DNA of 59,734 nucleotides, filler included. It is 5 parts of 5 records of this genome, joined end to end, with 100 filler letters (N's around TTAATTAATTAA, not from the genome) between each part and the next. Parts side by side here need not be neighbours in the genome. Positions count along the whole stretch, not along the records: positions 8,281 to 32,664 come from SRR31156797_8231; positions 32,765 to 39,193 come from SRR31156797_8242; positions 39,294 to 52,136 come from SRR31156797_8268; 2 more parts are not named here. One strand, given 5' to 3'. The notes beneath the pieces were generated by a model that was not told the DNA's origin, did no database searches, and saw only the letters and a program-made list of their open reading frames with translations. A program made the translations under genes and the position numbers. Positions 31,201 through 40,538 of this stretch are shown here, one piece after another (position 1 is the first letter of the stretch; every line of letters begins with the position of its first letter).

Positions 31201-32406
31201 TGGAATATGAATGCCAACGGATTGGTACAACATAGAAAAGGGGCATGGGATTGGGCCGATTGGGGAGTTAATATCGATATAGATATAATGGATAATTGTT
31301 GGTATTATCTGGCGCTAAAAGCAGCAATTCCAATGGCCGAAATGAGCGGATATCCGGATGATATAAATGAATACCAAAATAGAATGATAAGTATTAAGGA
31401 TAACTTTGTTAACGTATTTTGGGATATCAACCAACAAAATTATAGGTCTTCTAATTTAAGCACTCCGGATGACAGAGCCAATGCCATGGCCGTAATTGCA
31501 GGATTAGCTCAACCTGAACATTATGAAGGAATAAAGAAGGTTCTTCAGGAAAATTCTTTTGCAAGTCCTTATATGGAAAAATACGTTTTAGAAGCTCTAT
31601 GTAAAATGGGATATGAAACAGAGGCTTTATCCAGAATGAAAAGCCGTTACACACAGATGGTTAATAGTTCCTATACAACCTTATGGGAAGTATGGAACGG
31701 ATTAAGTGAGGGTACTATTAATCATGGGTGGAATGCTCCGAATACTGTATTATCGCAAAATATTGCAGGCTTATCGCCGGTAGAACCCGGTTGGACTACT
31801 TATGAGGTGTTGCCTAAATTAGGAGAATTGACAACGGTGAGTCAAATTGTTCCTTCTGTGATGGGAGAAATAAGCGTTAGTCATACTAATACAGCTACAG
31901 GTTTTGTTACAAATCTTGAATCTCCAGCTGGTACTGTAGCTATTGTAGGAATACCTGTAAATATGAGTATGGGTTCCATAACTGCGAATGGTATAGAAAT
32001 TTGGAACCAAGGAAATTTTATCGAAAATATCCCAACATTAAAGTATGAAGGGACGGATGATCAATATGTAAAATTTTCGGTACAACCAGGTTCTTGGGTG
32101 TTTGAAGCTTCTATTGAAAATACCACTGGAAATGTAAATAAGAAACAGTCTGATACTGAATTTGTAAAATTTAGTCAATCTGGTAAATCAATAGATGCTT
32201 ACTCTCCTTTACATATAGATTTTAATGTGAGTGTTTATGATTTGGCAGGAAGAAGCATAATAAGTAATGTCAATTCTATTGATTTTAGAGTTAGTCTTCC
32301 ATTATCATATTTCCCCAATGGAATGAGTCTCATAGTTGCCAACTCAGCTCATTTTTGTGTGACAAAAAAAATTATTGCTAAAGATTATAAAAGGGGTAAA
32401 TTATAA
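28204..32406 (+). CDS. Multimodular alpha-L-rhamnosidase-like glycoside hydrolase (GH78) with two LamG domains, a TSP3 repeat, a cadherin-like domain and a T9SS C-terminal domain
   Basis: Signal peptide; duplicated LamG (DDGKYHH.V.V...FY.DGVL.G); DNDGDGI..ADNCP...NPNQ.D.DGDG.GD.CD; DCPDRERALWWGD, TTLWE.W, NHGW; C-terminal VYDLAGR...KKII. Confidence 0.88.
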   Translation: MRKLSIVMMIVFFPLVGKVQAAENLILRHSYPFDTDASDIVGSVNGILHGNATVVDGALVTSQNGDYLSFNATDLNLSSYNAITLETYVIAGDGANPGWTGLAYFGNNNGSKAFFTGIARGDNQSICFYDFKAEIKATSEHDDGKYHHVVNVLTNEYLKFYLDGVLIGEAAWSGTIDIGTSHAYLAKLGWAADPTWNGKMLEFNIYEGEMSSDEVAGRYLLFDNDGDGIVNDADNCPDTYNPNQNDQDGDGTGDVCDLIATLSDLSVNVGELQPSFDSKTFDYVVYAPMGVDNISFSTTLLDANFTVSGTESLDISSGKGVATITVSNDGYDDGVYTITVYGLRLEHAYTFDHDASDQVGEIDGVLHGNASVIDGALITTQNGDYLSLDGTALNLSSYEAITMETYVEAGDAENPGWTALSYFGNTDGNKAFFTSIARGDNQCISFYDFKAEIKSSTEYDDGKYHHLVSVLTGNMLSFYIDGVLVGTNPWSGTIDIGTNMAYLAKNGWATDPTWIGKILEFNIYKGVMDASTVEQRRLLFDADGDGILYEKDHNQITWNANWIWQQEDGPEDTWMSFIKTIDLTNLPEIAITRIAADSKYWLWINGELVVFEGQLKRDRLNETYYDEIDLAPYLIQGENTIAASVWYWGREGFSHHNSGKGGLLFEGDFGDTKVISDNSWKIKVHPGFEHSVSGGQPNIRLSVWNTRFNASENTIEGWNLPGYDASNWEWASEKGLPPALPWNTLLKRPFPQWKNSGLLDYSNSEAIPVSGNGGIIEGILSYDARVSAYLKVNAPAGKFINIQTDQYDGWYAFGEGPAVRSEYITKDGIQEFETMVWMSGNTVRYNIPEGVEILELKYRELGYPAEFSGDFTCSDPFYNKLWQMARRTLYINMYDNFMDCPDRERALWWGDVVNQSGECFYTLDTTSHALIRKSIKTLVDWQRADHTLFSPTSTLWSAELPQQMLASIGWYGFWNYFMNTNDSATIKEVYPAVRKYLSIWNMNANGLVQHRKGAWDWADWGVNIDIDIMDNCWYYLALKAAIPMAEMSGYPDDINEYQNRMISIKDNFVNVFWDINQQNYRSSNLSTPDDRANAMAVIAGLAQPEHYEGIKKVLQENSFASPYMEKYVLEALCKMGYETEALSRMKSRYTQMVNSSYTTLWEVWNGLSEGTINHGWNAPNTVLSQNIAGLSPVEPGWTTYEVLPKLGELTTVSQIVPSVMGEISVSHTNTATGFVTNLESPAGTVAIVGIPVNMSMGSITANGIEIWNQGNFIENIPTLKYEGTDDQYVKFSVQPGSWVFEASIENTTGNVNKKQSDTEFVKFSQSGKSIDAYSPLHIDFNVSVYDLAGRSIISNVNSIDFRVSLPLSYFPNGMSLIVANSAHFCVTKKIIAKDYKRGKL

Positions 32407-32426
32407 GATCAAACTTCATGCAAGAA

Positions 32427-32460
32427 TGAAGCACCTCTGGACTTGCCCAGAGGTGCTTCA
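32427..32460 (+). terminator. 14-bp perfect stem-loop downstream of the GH78 gene
   Basis: TGAAGCACCTCTGG-acttgc-CCAGAGGTGCTTCA; the U-tract is weak. Confidence 0.55.
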
Positions 32461-32574
32461 CTTGATATTTGCAGAAATAGTAGAGTTTATGATAATTAGA
32501 ATTGCTAAATTTTGTTGTGGTTTTTATGGGAAATTTAGTGATTCGATCTTTTAGAAATGATTTTTAATACAGAA

Positions 32575-32596
32575 AAAGTGCAACTAAAGTGCAACT
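32575..32596. repeat. Tandem 11-bp repeat AAAGTGCAACT x2 next to the tRNA 3' end
   Basis: Directly visible at 32575-32585 and 32586-32596. Confidence 0.7.
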
Positions 32597-32636
32597 GAAC
32601 AAAAAAGGCTGACTTGCGTCAACCTTCTGTACCCTG

Positions 32637-32664
32637 CGGAGAGGGGGGGATTCGAACCCCCGGT
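32637..32664 (-). tRNA. tRNA-Ser, 3' part only (cut by the contig end)
   Basis: The reverse complement ACC-GGGGG-TTCGAAT-CCCCC-CCTCTCC-G gives a T-arm, an acceptor 3' strand and discriminator G typical of Ser. The anticodon is not visible. Confidence 0.75.
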
Positions 32665-32764
32665 NNNNNNNNNNNNNNNNNNNNNNNNNNNNNNNNNNNN
32701 NNNNNNNNTTAATTAATTAANNNNNNNNNNNNNNNNNNNNNNNNNNNNNNNNNNNNNNNNNNNN
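32665..32764. other. Artificial contig linker
   Basis: N44-TTAATTAATTAA-N44. Confidence 0.98.
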
Positions 32765-33326
32765 TCGTTAATCCGGTTTTTTCCAAGAACTCCAATTTAT
32801 ACCCTTGCCGTTGAGCAGCTTCAGTAAAAGGTGTTTTTCCTTCCGGAGCATAACCAACTTCGAACTTTTTTAACATATCATCGCGAAAAGTACGTTCGCG
32901 GAAATAACTCAGACCGATTGTCCTGCCTTCATTCTCCTCCCATATGTACCGCGTAAAATATTTCTGTGCAAATCCCGAAACGATCATCAAACTTTCACGT
33001 GCATCTTTCAGTTGTTTTTGCTCCTCGGTTTCCTCCTCCTCAACAATCTCAATATTGTATTTTTTGGCCAGCCATTTTAAAGCTTCCGGGTAACTAAGGT
33101 TCTCGTGTTCCATTATAAAGTTAACCGAGTTTCCTCCTTTTCCACAACCAAAACACTTAAATATTCCTTTGGCAGGAGACACGGTAAAAGAAGGTGTTTT
33201 TTCGTTATGAAACGGACATAATCCAAGCATGTTAACACCTCGCTTTCGAAGCGTAACAAATTCAGAAACCACATCAGCAATATCGGCGGCATCAATTATC
33301 CTCTCAACTGTAGCATGATCAATCAT
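32765..33326 (-). CDS. dnaG: DNA primase, N-terminal part (truncated by the contig end)
   Basis: GLCPFHNEKTPSF.V...FKCFGCGKGG CHC2 zinc finger; start MIDHATVERI. Confidence 0.95.
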
Positions 33327-33486
33327 TGCTACAAAAGTATCAGAAATAGTAGGAATCAATCGTCAAATTACAGGAATAATATTCACAATTAACAGGAGGA
33401 AACCTTTGCCATCTTTCAAAATTGAAAAAAACAAAGTATCTTTCATTTCTTACTCAATACTCATTACCTTAGTCTAAAATCTTAAA

Positions 33487-34173
33487 ATGAAAAAACTCGT
33501 TATTCTTTCAGGTGCCGGCATGAGCCAGGAAAGTGGCTTAAAAACCTTTCGTGATATGGGAGGACTTTGGGAAAACTACGACGTAACCGAAGTGGCAACT
33601 CCCGAGGCATGGGAACACGATGCGGGCCTGGTTTTACGGTTTTATAACGAGCGGCGCAAACAACTTTTTTCTGCAGAGCCTAATGCGGGGCACTTGGGTA
33701 TAGCAGCGTTGGAAAACTGGTTTCACGTTGAAGTTGTAACACAAAACGTGGATAATTTGCATGAAAGAGCAGGGAGTTCGAAAGTATTACACCTACACGG
33801 GGAACTAATGAAGGCAAGAAGTACAATAGATCCTTTTTTGGTTTACGAACTTGATCACTGGGCACTCGACCTTGGCGACAAATGCGAAAAAGGAAGCCAA
33901 CTGCGACCCCATATCGTTTGGTTTGGCGAGGGTGTGCCTATGATGGGCAAAGCCATTGGTATAGTTGAACAAGCCGACATACTGGTTGTGGTAGGCACTT
34001 CGCTTGCTGTATATCCGGCAGCCGGACTGGTAAATTACGTGAAACAGGATACCCCAATCTTTGTTATTGACCCGAACCGACCGGAGGTATACCAAAACAA
34101 TGTAATTTATATTGAAAAAAAAGCTGGAAAAGGAATTGAGATTTTAAAAGAAAAACTGGAAAAACTAAAATAA
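33487..34173 (+). CDS. cobB: NAD-dependent protein deacylase (class III sirtuin)
   Basis: SGAGMSQESGLKTFR, FYNERR (YxxR), TQNVDNLHERAG, LHG, RPHIVWFGE, GTSLAVYPAA. Confidence 0.92.
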   Translation: MKKLVILSGAGMSQESGLKTFRDMGGLWENYDVTEVATPEAWEHDAGLVLRFYNERRKQLFSAEPNAGHLGIAALENWFHVEVVTQNVDNLHERAGSSKVLHLHGELMKARSTIDPFLVYELDHWALDLGDKCEKGSQLRPHIVWFGEGVPMMGKAIGIVEQADILVVVGTSLAVYPAAGLVNYVKQDTPIFVIDPNRPEVYQNNVIYIEKKAGKGIEILKEKLEKLK

Positions 34174-34785
34174 ATGAAACAGCTTATACTAACGTTTGTA
34201 TTTCTTTTTTCATTAAACATTTTATGGGCGCAACGTTTTGATGCCGGATTAATTGCCGGATTTAATGGATCTCAGGTAGAAGGTGATGCTTTTAAAGGGT
34301 ATCACAAAGCCGGTATCCTGGCCGGACTCTTTGTACAAACTGATATTGCCCCGGCCATAGTGGCTGGTATGGAGATAAAATATTCCCAAAAAGGATCGAG
34401 ACGTAATTATGATCCGAAAAAGCCTGATGTTGAGCAATATATTATGCGCTTAGGCTACATCGATATTCCGGTTTTTATGGCCTTTAGAACCAACGAAAGA
34501 AGTATGATTATCGGAGGAATAGCTCCTGGAATACTAATTCACTCGAAAGAAATTGGTGCATACGGCGAATTTCCGCCAGAGGACCAGCATGAATTTAAAA
34601 ATTTTGATCTTCAACCTTTCCTTGGATTTCAGTTCGATTTTCTGGAACATGCATCAGTAGATCTGCGTTTTGCACTCTCTGTGATTCCAATACGTGAAAA
34701 ACCAATTGATACCAATTACTATTGGCACAATAACCAATTTAATAACGTAATCTCGCTTGCATTGTATTACAGGCTTGGCCGTTAA
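34174..34785 (+). CDS. Outer-membrane beta-barrel (PorT/porin-family) protein
   Basis: Signal peptide, AG.NGSQV.GD, E..YSQKG, L.YIDIP and a terminal LYYRL. Confidence 0.75.
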   Translation: MKQLILTFVFLFSLNILWAQRFDAGLIAGFNGSQVEGDAFKGYHKAGILAGLFVQTDIAPAIVAGMEIKYSQKGSRRNYDPKKPDVEQYIMRLGYIDIPVFMAFRTNERSMIIGGIAPGILIHSKEIGAYGEFPPEDQHEFKNFDLQPFLGFQFDFLEHASVDLRFALSVIPIREKPIDTNYYWHNNQFNNVISLALYYRLGR

Positions 34786-34798
34786 AACACCTCTGCAA

Positions 34799-35224
34799 CT
34801 AGCTATTCACCATCCATTTCGAAAAATCATCAAGATATTTCCAGAAAGAGGCCAATACGTTTTCAGGCAATTTAAGTTTTTGAAGGACTTCTCTGTAACA
34901 ATTTAGCCATTCTATTCTGGCTTCAGCAGTAATTTTAAAAGGTAAATGCCTACGGTTTAATTGGGGTTTTCCCCTGTTTTGATTAAAATAATCGGGGCCT
35001 CCACAAATTTGAATAAAAAAATCGGCAGAATGTTCTTTCGCTTTCTCCAGTGCAACCGGGTTTTTGGGGAACAAATCTTTTATAGAACTTTTTACCACCA
35101 GGTTGTAATGATCGCTAACCATTTGGCGCATTCCATCTTCTCCCATAATCTCCAGCATTTTTGGAGAAGGGAGTGTAACTCCGGGTCGCACTCCCTTAAA
35201 ATATTTGCTAATTACCAATTCCAT
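34799..35224 (-). CDS. Truncated (2/2) globin, group II-like
   Basis: FFIQICGGP.YF...G.P.L.RRHLPF.I...R.EWL.C with the proximal His; likely start MELVIS. Confidence 0.8.
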   Translation of the reverse strand: MELVISKYFKGVRPGVTLPSPKMLEIMGEDGMRQMVSDHYNLVVKSSIKDLFPKNPVALEKAKEHSADFFIQICGGPDYFNQNRGKPQLNRRHLPFKITAEARIEWLNCYREVLQKLKLPENVLASFWKYLDDFSKWMVNS

Positions 35225-35275
35225 TCCTGCCGTTTTTGTTTCTGAAACAAAAAAAAGCAAAAGTTGTTGAAATTA

Positions 35276-36091
35276 TTACTTACCAAAAACCCATCCAATT
35301 CGAATTCCACTGGTGAGTGCAATCGGAAATTCTTCGGGAGCAACAATAAAGCCATAAGGTAATCCATTGTAGTCATCAGAACCTATTCCATAACCTACTC
35401 CAACAAAAGTATCCACTAAAAATGCGTCATCAAATACCCATTGTTTTCCAAACTTTAACATGATAGCCAAGGTTACTTTACTTTCCCGGTCATCAGAATA
35501 CCAATAATCACCGTTTGAATAATAATAATCATAATTGTCACTGTCGTATTTCATGTACCTCAATGCTATCTCTGGAGCGATGTAAGCTCCTTTTAGAATA
35601 TGAGAATAATGCATTCGATTCATATAATAATCGGGATTACGCGTAAACTTATATGCAAACTTTCCGTAAATCCCTATCGGATCAATATCCTGAACATCGT
35701 TTCCTAAACCTACAATGCCTAAAGCGGTTTCCCACGACCGGCCAGGTTTTATACTTCTTTCAAAAGCAAATTCTGTAGTTCCGAATAATGGCGATAGAAA
35801 ATTTACTTTTAAGGCATTTTTCGATTGATTAGCATAATACTCCGAATTTTTAAAGGTACTTGTTCCAATCTCAACTACTTCTCCAGTTCCAAATTCTACA
35901 CGTTCAACCAAGGCATTATCAATTCCAAAAACTACTTTGGAGTTATCGTTGTAATAATATTTTACCTGAACTGCTCCCAGTTCGGTAATCTTACAACTTA
36001 TGGTGTCTCCCGATTTTTTAACAATGGTGTCTTGAGCAAAGGTTGAGATGGAAAAAAATAATAGAAATAAAAAGGCGGTTAATGTTTTCAT
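35276..36091 (-). CDS. Outer-membrane protein with a small N-terminal domain and a C-terminal beta-barrel
   Basis: Signal peptide MKTLTAF...AQD, DTIVKKSGDTI.CKI.E domain, C-terminal GIRIGWVF. Confidence 0.65.
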   Translation of the reverse strand: MKTLTAFLFLLFFSISTFAQDTIVKKSGDTISCKITELGAVQVKYYYNDNSKVVFGIDNALVERVEFGTGEVVEIGTSTFKNSEYYANQSKNALKVNFLSPLFGTTEFAFERSIKPGRSWETALGIVGLGNDVQDIDPIGIYGKFAYKFTRNPDYYMNRMHYSHILKGAYIAPEIALRYMKYDSDNYDYYYSNGDYWYSDDRESKVTLAIMLKFGKQWVFDDAFLVDTFVGVGYGIGSDDYNGLPYGFIVAPEEFPIALTSGIRIGWVFGK

Positions 36092-36185
36092 CTGTTTTCT
36101 GTTTTTTATTGTTTGTTTTCGACAGTTAAATTTTGTGCCGCAATTTATCAATAAATAACATATTTTAAACCGCCAAGATCTTAAA

Positions 36186-37058
36186 TTAATGAAAAGGAAT
36201 ATAAATTTCTGTACGTAAATCGTTCTCTGCAGTTTCTTTACAATCGTTCAGGTATTTCTCAAAACATGGAACATCTCTCAATTCCACTTCGCTCTTAAAC
36301 AGCCATTTCCCAAAAATATATTCATAACTTTTGTGCAACAGATGGTATCCTCCAACATGGGTAAAAACGGCATATTTGCCACCCTCAATATTTTGCACTC
36401 CTATTTCTCCCTTTGAACTAAATGGTTTATTAACTACAAGACAGGCATCGTACCGGAGCTTTTCGGAATCAGTTACTTTTGGATCGTCATAACTTATCCC
36501 AATATATTCCTTTTCGGCTGTAAAAAAGTCCTCCTTTACTGCAAAATTGCATATATCTTTCCAGGCCTTTTCTGCACTTTTATTATAATCACCAAATGCA
36601 CGTGCAAATACTACTTGCTTTGTTTTGATTGTTCTGATTTCCGGTTTCAGCATTTGTAAATTCTCCATGGCATTAAATTTTATTTTTGATTCATTGTTTT
36701 TTAGAAATACATGTTCACCTTTTTTGTATTCTCCGGGAGAAATTCCAAACCGGCGTTTAAACGCCCTATTAAAAGACGCCTGATTTTCGTAGCCCACTTT
36801 AAAAGCTATTTCCCCTATGGGTATTTCACTAAAACAGAGAAGACTAACAGCTGCCTCCAAACGCCGTCGTACAATATATGACCCTAAAGGCTCGCCCAAG
36901 TAGGCACTGATAATTCGATGAAAATGAAAAGCTGAATAGTTGCTCTGTTGAGCCAGGTTCTCCAAATCCAGTTTCTCACTCAAGTGCGAATCAATATAAT
37001 TAACCACTTGGTTTATTTGCTCGTAATAATGGTTTAAAGTCTCCGATTTTACATTCAT
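36186..37058 (-). CDS. AraC-family regulator with a GyrI-like effector domain
   Basis: S.FHFHR.....GE, GYE....F.RAFK..FG.SP; C-terminal YDDP..T...LRYDAC, GGKYAVF.H.G and TEIYIP. Confidence 0.92.
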   Translation of the reverse strand: MNVKSETLNHYYEQINQVVNYIDSHLSEKLDLENLAQQSNYSAFHFHRIISAYLGEPLGSYIVRRRLEAAVSLLCFSEIPIGEIAFKVGYENQASFNRAFKRRFGISPGEYKKGEHVFLKNNESKIKFNAMENLQMLKPEIRTIKTKQVVFARAFGDYNKSAEKAWKDICNFAVKEDFFTAEKEYIGISYDDPKVTDSEKLRYDACLVVNKPFSSKGEIGVQNIEGGKYAVFTHVGGYHLLHKSYEYIFGKWLFKSEVELRDVPCFEKYLNDCKETAENDLRTEIYIPFH

Positions 37059-37104
37059 GAATCAAAAATACCGGATCTTATTTTTAGCTGTTTTTCCATC
37101 CTTG

Positions 37105-37806
37105 CTAAATATCGGCATAAGCCAAAGTTGCAACACTAATTTGCACACCCGGAAGTTTTAACAACTGACAGGCACAGGCTTCCAAAGTGGAGCCAGTGGT
37201 TACCACATCATCAACAAGAAGTATATGTTTTCCTTCAATCTCCTCCGAATTTTTAAGTTCAAATATATCTTCAACATTTTGCCAACGCTCGAACCGGTTT
37301 TTTCGAGTTTGTGTAGAAGTATGTGTTTTACGAACCAGGTTTTCATTAAAGAGTGGCTTTTTAAGCACATTGGCCAAACCTCGCGCAATATATTCGCTTT
37401 GATTAAATCCCCGGAGTTTTTTCTTCTTCGGATGTAAAGGCACCGGAATAATACCATCAATCAACCGAAACGAATCCGAGTCAAGAAGGGTAAAACCAAA
37501 CTTTCGTCCTGTTTCATAACCCAAATCTTTTAATCCTTTATACTTCACAAAATGAATCAAATGTTGATATTTACTTCCTTTTTTATAAGAAAAAAAAGCC
37601 GTTGCATTTTCAATTTGGGTTCTTCCCCAAAAAAGCTGAGCAACTTTGTTATCTTTTTTAAAATGAAAATTAGTAAGTGGCAAATCGTTCCAACATGCAA
37701 AACAAACATGCTTTTCCTGCGTAATCAGTCGATCTCCACAACAAACGCATAAATCGGGGAAAAAAAGTCCCAACACATCCGATATTCCCTGTTTGAGCAG
37801 TTTCAT
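37105..37806 (-). CDS. ComF-family amidophosphoribosyltransferase-like protein
   Basis: N-terminal CxxC...CxxC, PVPLH...RGFNQS, LLVDDVVTTGST. Confidence 0.9.
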   Translation of the reverse strand: MKLLKQGISDVLGLFFPDLCVCCGDRLITQEKHVCFACWNDLPLTNFHFKKDNKVAQLFWGRTQIENATAFFSYKKGSKYQHLIHFVKYKGLKDLGYETGRKFGFTLLDSDSFRLIDGIIPVPLHPKKKKLRGFNQSEYIARGLANVLKKPLFNENLVRKTHTSTQTRKNRFERWQNVEDIFELKNSEEIEGKHILLVDDVVTTGSTLEACACQLLKLPGVQISVATLAYADI

Positions 37807-38001
37807 GATGGGAAGTTACAAAATCTTTCTTATCACTTATTAATCTTAGCTTAAAACTCAACATGCACTGATTAACAATTCTTTAACGCTCTAATAATTT
37901 ATGCATAAGCCAAAAGTGACAAAAGCCTCTTATATTGCTAATGTATTTTTTAGAGAATATTTCCCTTATCTCTCTTGTATTCCTCTCAAGAAATTATCTC
38001 C

Positions 38002-38029
38002 AAGGTTGTCGCGTTCGAGGCAACCTTTT
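38002..38029 (+). terminator. Rho-independent terminator-like hairpin in the divergent intergenic region
   Basis: AAGGTTGTC...GGCAACCTT followed by a T-rich tract. Confidence 0.5.
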
Positions 38030-38206
38030 GTTTATATAAAAACTAAAATAGGTACTATCTTCTTCCTTCACGTCTTATAACTATAGACAGAATTATTCAT
38101 TTAATTCCAACTCTTTTTAAAAATTAGCGAATCTATTACTTTGGAAAGAGAATTTATTAAATTTGATAACTTTTATAGAATCAACGTACCAATAAAACCA
38201 CAAGCT

Positions 38207-39193
38207 ATGTTTAAACGCTTTGGCGATTATCTTAAAAAGAAGCTATTGCTACTCGTATTATTCGGCTTTATTATAGGAATTATGACCACTATATGGTCGC
38301 ACAAAGCCATTGAAGCTACTTCAACTCCCGAGTCATGCGAAATGTGTCATATTCACCCGCATGCAATGGATTCATGGAAACTTTCAGTACACCACGAGAC
38401 CCGTGTTGGAATCCAGATTGGCTGTGTAGATTGTCACCTTCCTCCCAAAGGGCAAGGTTATTTGAAAGAGAAAGTAAAAGCTTCGGTTAGAGATGCCTAT
38501 GGTTTAATCTTTAAAGACAGTGCCGATTTTAACTGGGAGGCGAAATCAACTTTTGACCTGGCACAACATTTTGTTTTTAAAGAATCTTGTATCAATTGTC
38601 ATAAAAACCTGTTCCCTCTAACTTTAACTACCGAAGGGCAAGATGCCCACCTGTATTATTCTTTAAACGAAGAAGAATTACGTTGTATCAATTGTCATTT
38701 AAACGCTGGTCACTACAATCCGAATGCCCTACATGCTAAAAATGTAGATTTTGGCAGTACAGATAACGAAAATCAGGAAGAATACTCCTATGCAACAGAA
38801 GTTTCGAAACATGAAGATTATACTGAAACGATTCCAAAAACAACTATTTCTTTCAACATGAAAGCTATACCAGGAGGTAGCTATAAAATAGGAAGCCCGC
38901 AGTCGGAGCAATACCGCAAAAATGATGAAGGTCCGCAGAAAACGGTTAATATTAGCCCGTTTTTTATGGCCGAAGTGGAAATTACCTGGGATGAATATAT
39001 GGCTTTTTATAGCGAAACTGCAGCAGAAGGCCGCACAACAGATACAGAAGGTACACGCACACAAACCAATGTTGATGCCATTTCAGGACCAACACCGCCT
39101 TATGGACAACCCGATCAAAACTGGGGACTTGGAATCCGTCCGGCCATTACGATGAGCTTTCATTCAGCAGAGGTTTATTGTAAATGGTTATCA
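38207..39193 (+). CDS. NapC/NirT-type tetraheme cytochrome c fused to an FGE-sulfatase (SUMF1/EgtB/PvdO) domain; truncated by the contig end
   Basis: TM anchor, TST.ESCEMCH, CVDCHLP, CINCH twice; then MKAIPGGSYKIGSP...EGP...V.ISPFFMAEVEITWDEY..F and A..YCKWLS of the FGE fold. Confidence 0.8.
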
Positions 39194-39293
39194 NNNNNNN
39201 NNNNNNNNNNNNNNNNNNNNNNNNNNNNNNNNNNNNNTTAATTAATTAANNNNNNNNNNNNNNNNNNNNNNNNNNNNNNNNNNNNNNNNNNNN
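39194..39293. other. Artificial contig linker
   Basis: N44-TTAATTAATTAA-N44. Confidence 0.98.
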
Positions 39294-40538
39294 CTCATTC
39301 ATAAAGGCCCGGGCCTTCTCCCCAATCCTTTTCCGGTAGTCTTCGTCTTCAACCAACCGCCTCATATAACCTGCCGCCTGTACCACATCGGCATCCGCCC
39401 AGACCGAATTTCCCGGAAGATAGTAATCGCCCTGGGCCACTTTTTTTAGTGTATAATCTATCAGACAGGCATTTTCCCGGTTGGTGAAATCCGTATTGCC
39501 GGAATAATTGGTCGCGATGACGGGCTTTCCCAATTTCATGGCCTCGGCCATCCCCAGACCAAACCCCTCAGCCCGGTGAAGAGAGACATATACATCGCAA
39601 CTATAGATTAAATCGAGCATCCGATCTTTGTCATAGGTATCATTAAAAACCTGGATACGCGGATCGCCCCTGACCCATTCTTGAAGCGTCTCATAATCCT
39701 TTACCTGCTGCCGGACCGACGTAACCAGTTTGCTCTTGATCACAAGCGTCACGTTTCGTTTGTGCCCGGGAAAAGCTTTCCTGAAAGCCGCTATAACGGC
39801 TTTTGGGTTTTTTCGATAAATACGGGAAGAAAAATCAAGAGAAAAAAGGAATACAAAAGCGTCTTCAGCAATATTCAGTTTTTTTCGCAAGTTTTTGCGA
39901 GACAGTGAGAAATCCACGGCCATCGGCATATGCAAAACCGGCACAGAGGCCTTCTGCGACATAACCCCCTGGACATACCGGCTGGGCGCCCAGATTTCAT
40001 CCAGAAAGTTCATGGCATACAGCCATTCTTCCGGATAATCGCTCAACTCCCAGAATCCATAACCGATGTTATATCGATTTTTGAATATCTCGGGATTCAC
40101 CGCATGCAATTCGATTACAGCCCCATTGTTCATACAAAAAATATTGGTTTGATGGGGATTGTCCGAATCCAGCAGTTGTGCCAGGCTATGATCCCTCTGC
40201 CGGTGCAGCGTCTTGTCGTAATTATACAGGGAAAAAGGGATGTGGCCGGCTGCGCATGATCTGGCCGTATACCGCAAATGCTCACCAACCCCGAATTCAC
40301 CAAAGACATAGCCGATAATGTTGCAACCCGGCATATACCCTTTGGTTACCCCCGTGTTCCGATATCGACCATTTTCGAAAAGCAGCTTTCTTTGTCCGTC
40401 GCCTGAATCACCCTGCAAAATGATACCGGTCATTTTCCCATCAATTGATGAGGGCAATACAAAACGGAGCATATGGATAAGTGCCGGATATTTACTTCCC
40501 CATTGATAAAAGAATCGGATGGTTTTGTTGATCAACAT
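39294..40538 (-). CDS. GT4 glycosyltransferase (C-terminus truncated)
   Basis: YNIGYGFWEL, DEIWAPS, RKNP, DVYVSLHRAEGFGLGMAEAM.GKPVIATNYSGN. Confidence 0.88.

Noticed and set aside
33487-34173. Sir2 as an antiphage NADase (Thoeris/DSR type)
   Set aside because: A short canonical CobB-type deacylase in a housekeeping context beside dnaG.
13514-39193. Functional link between nrfHA, the globin and the NapC-FGE fusion
   Set aside because: They lie on different contigs separated by a linker; a common origin is unproven.
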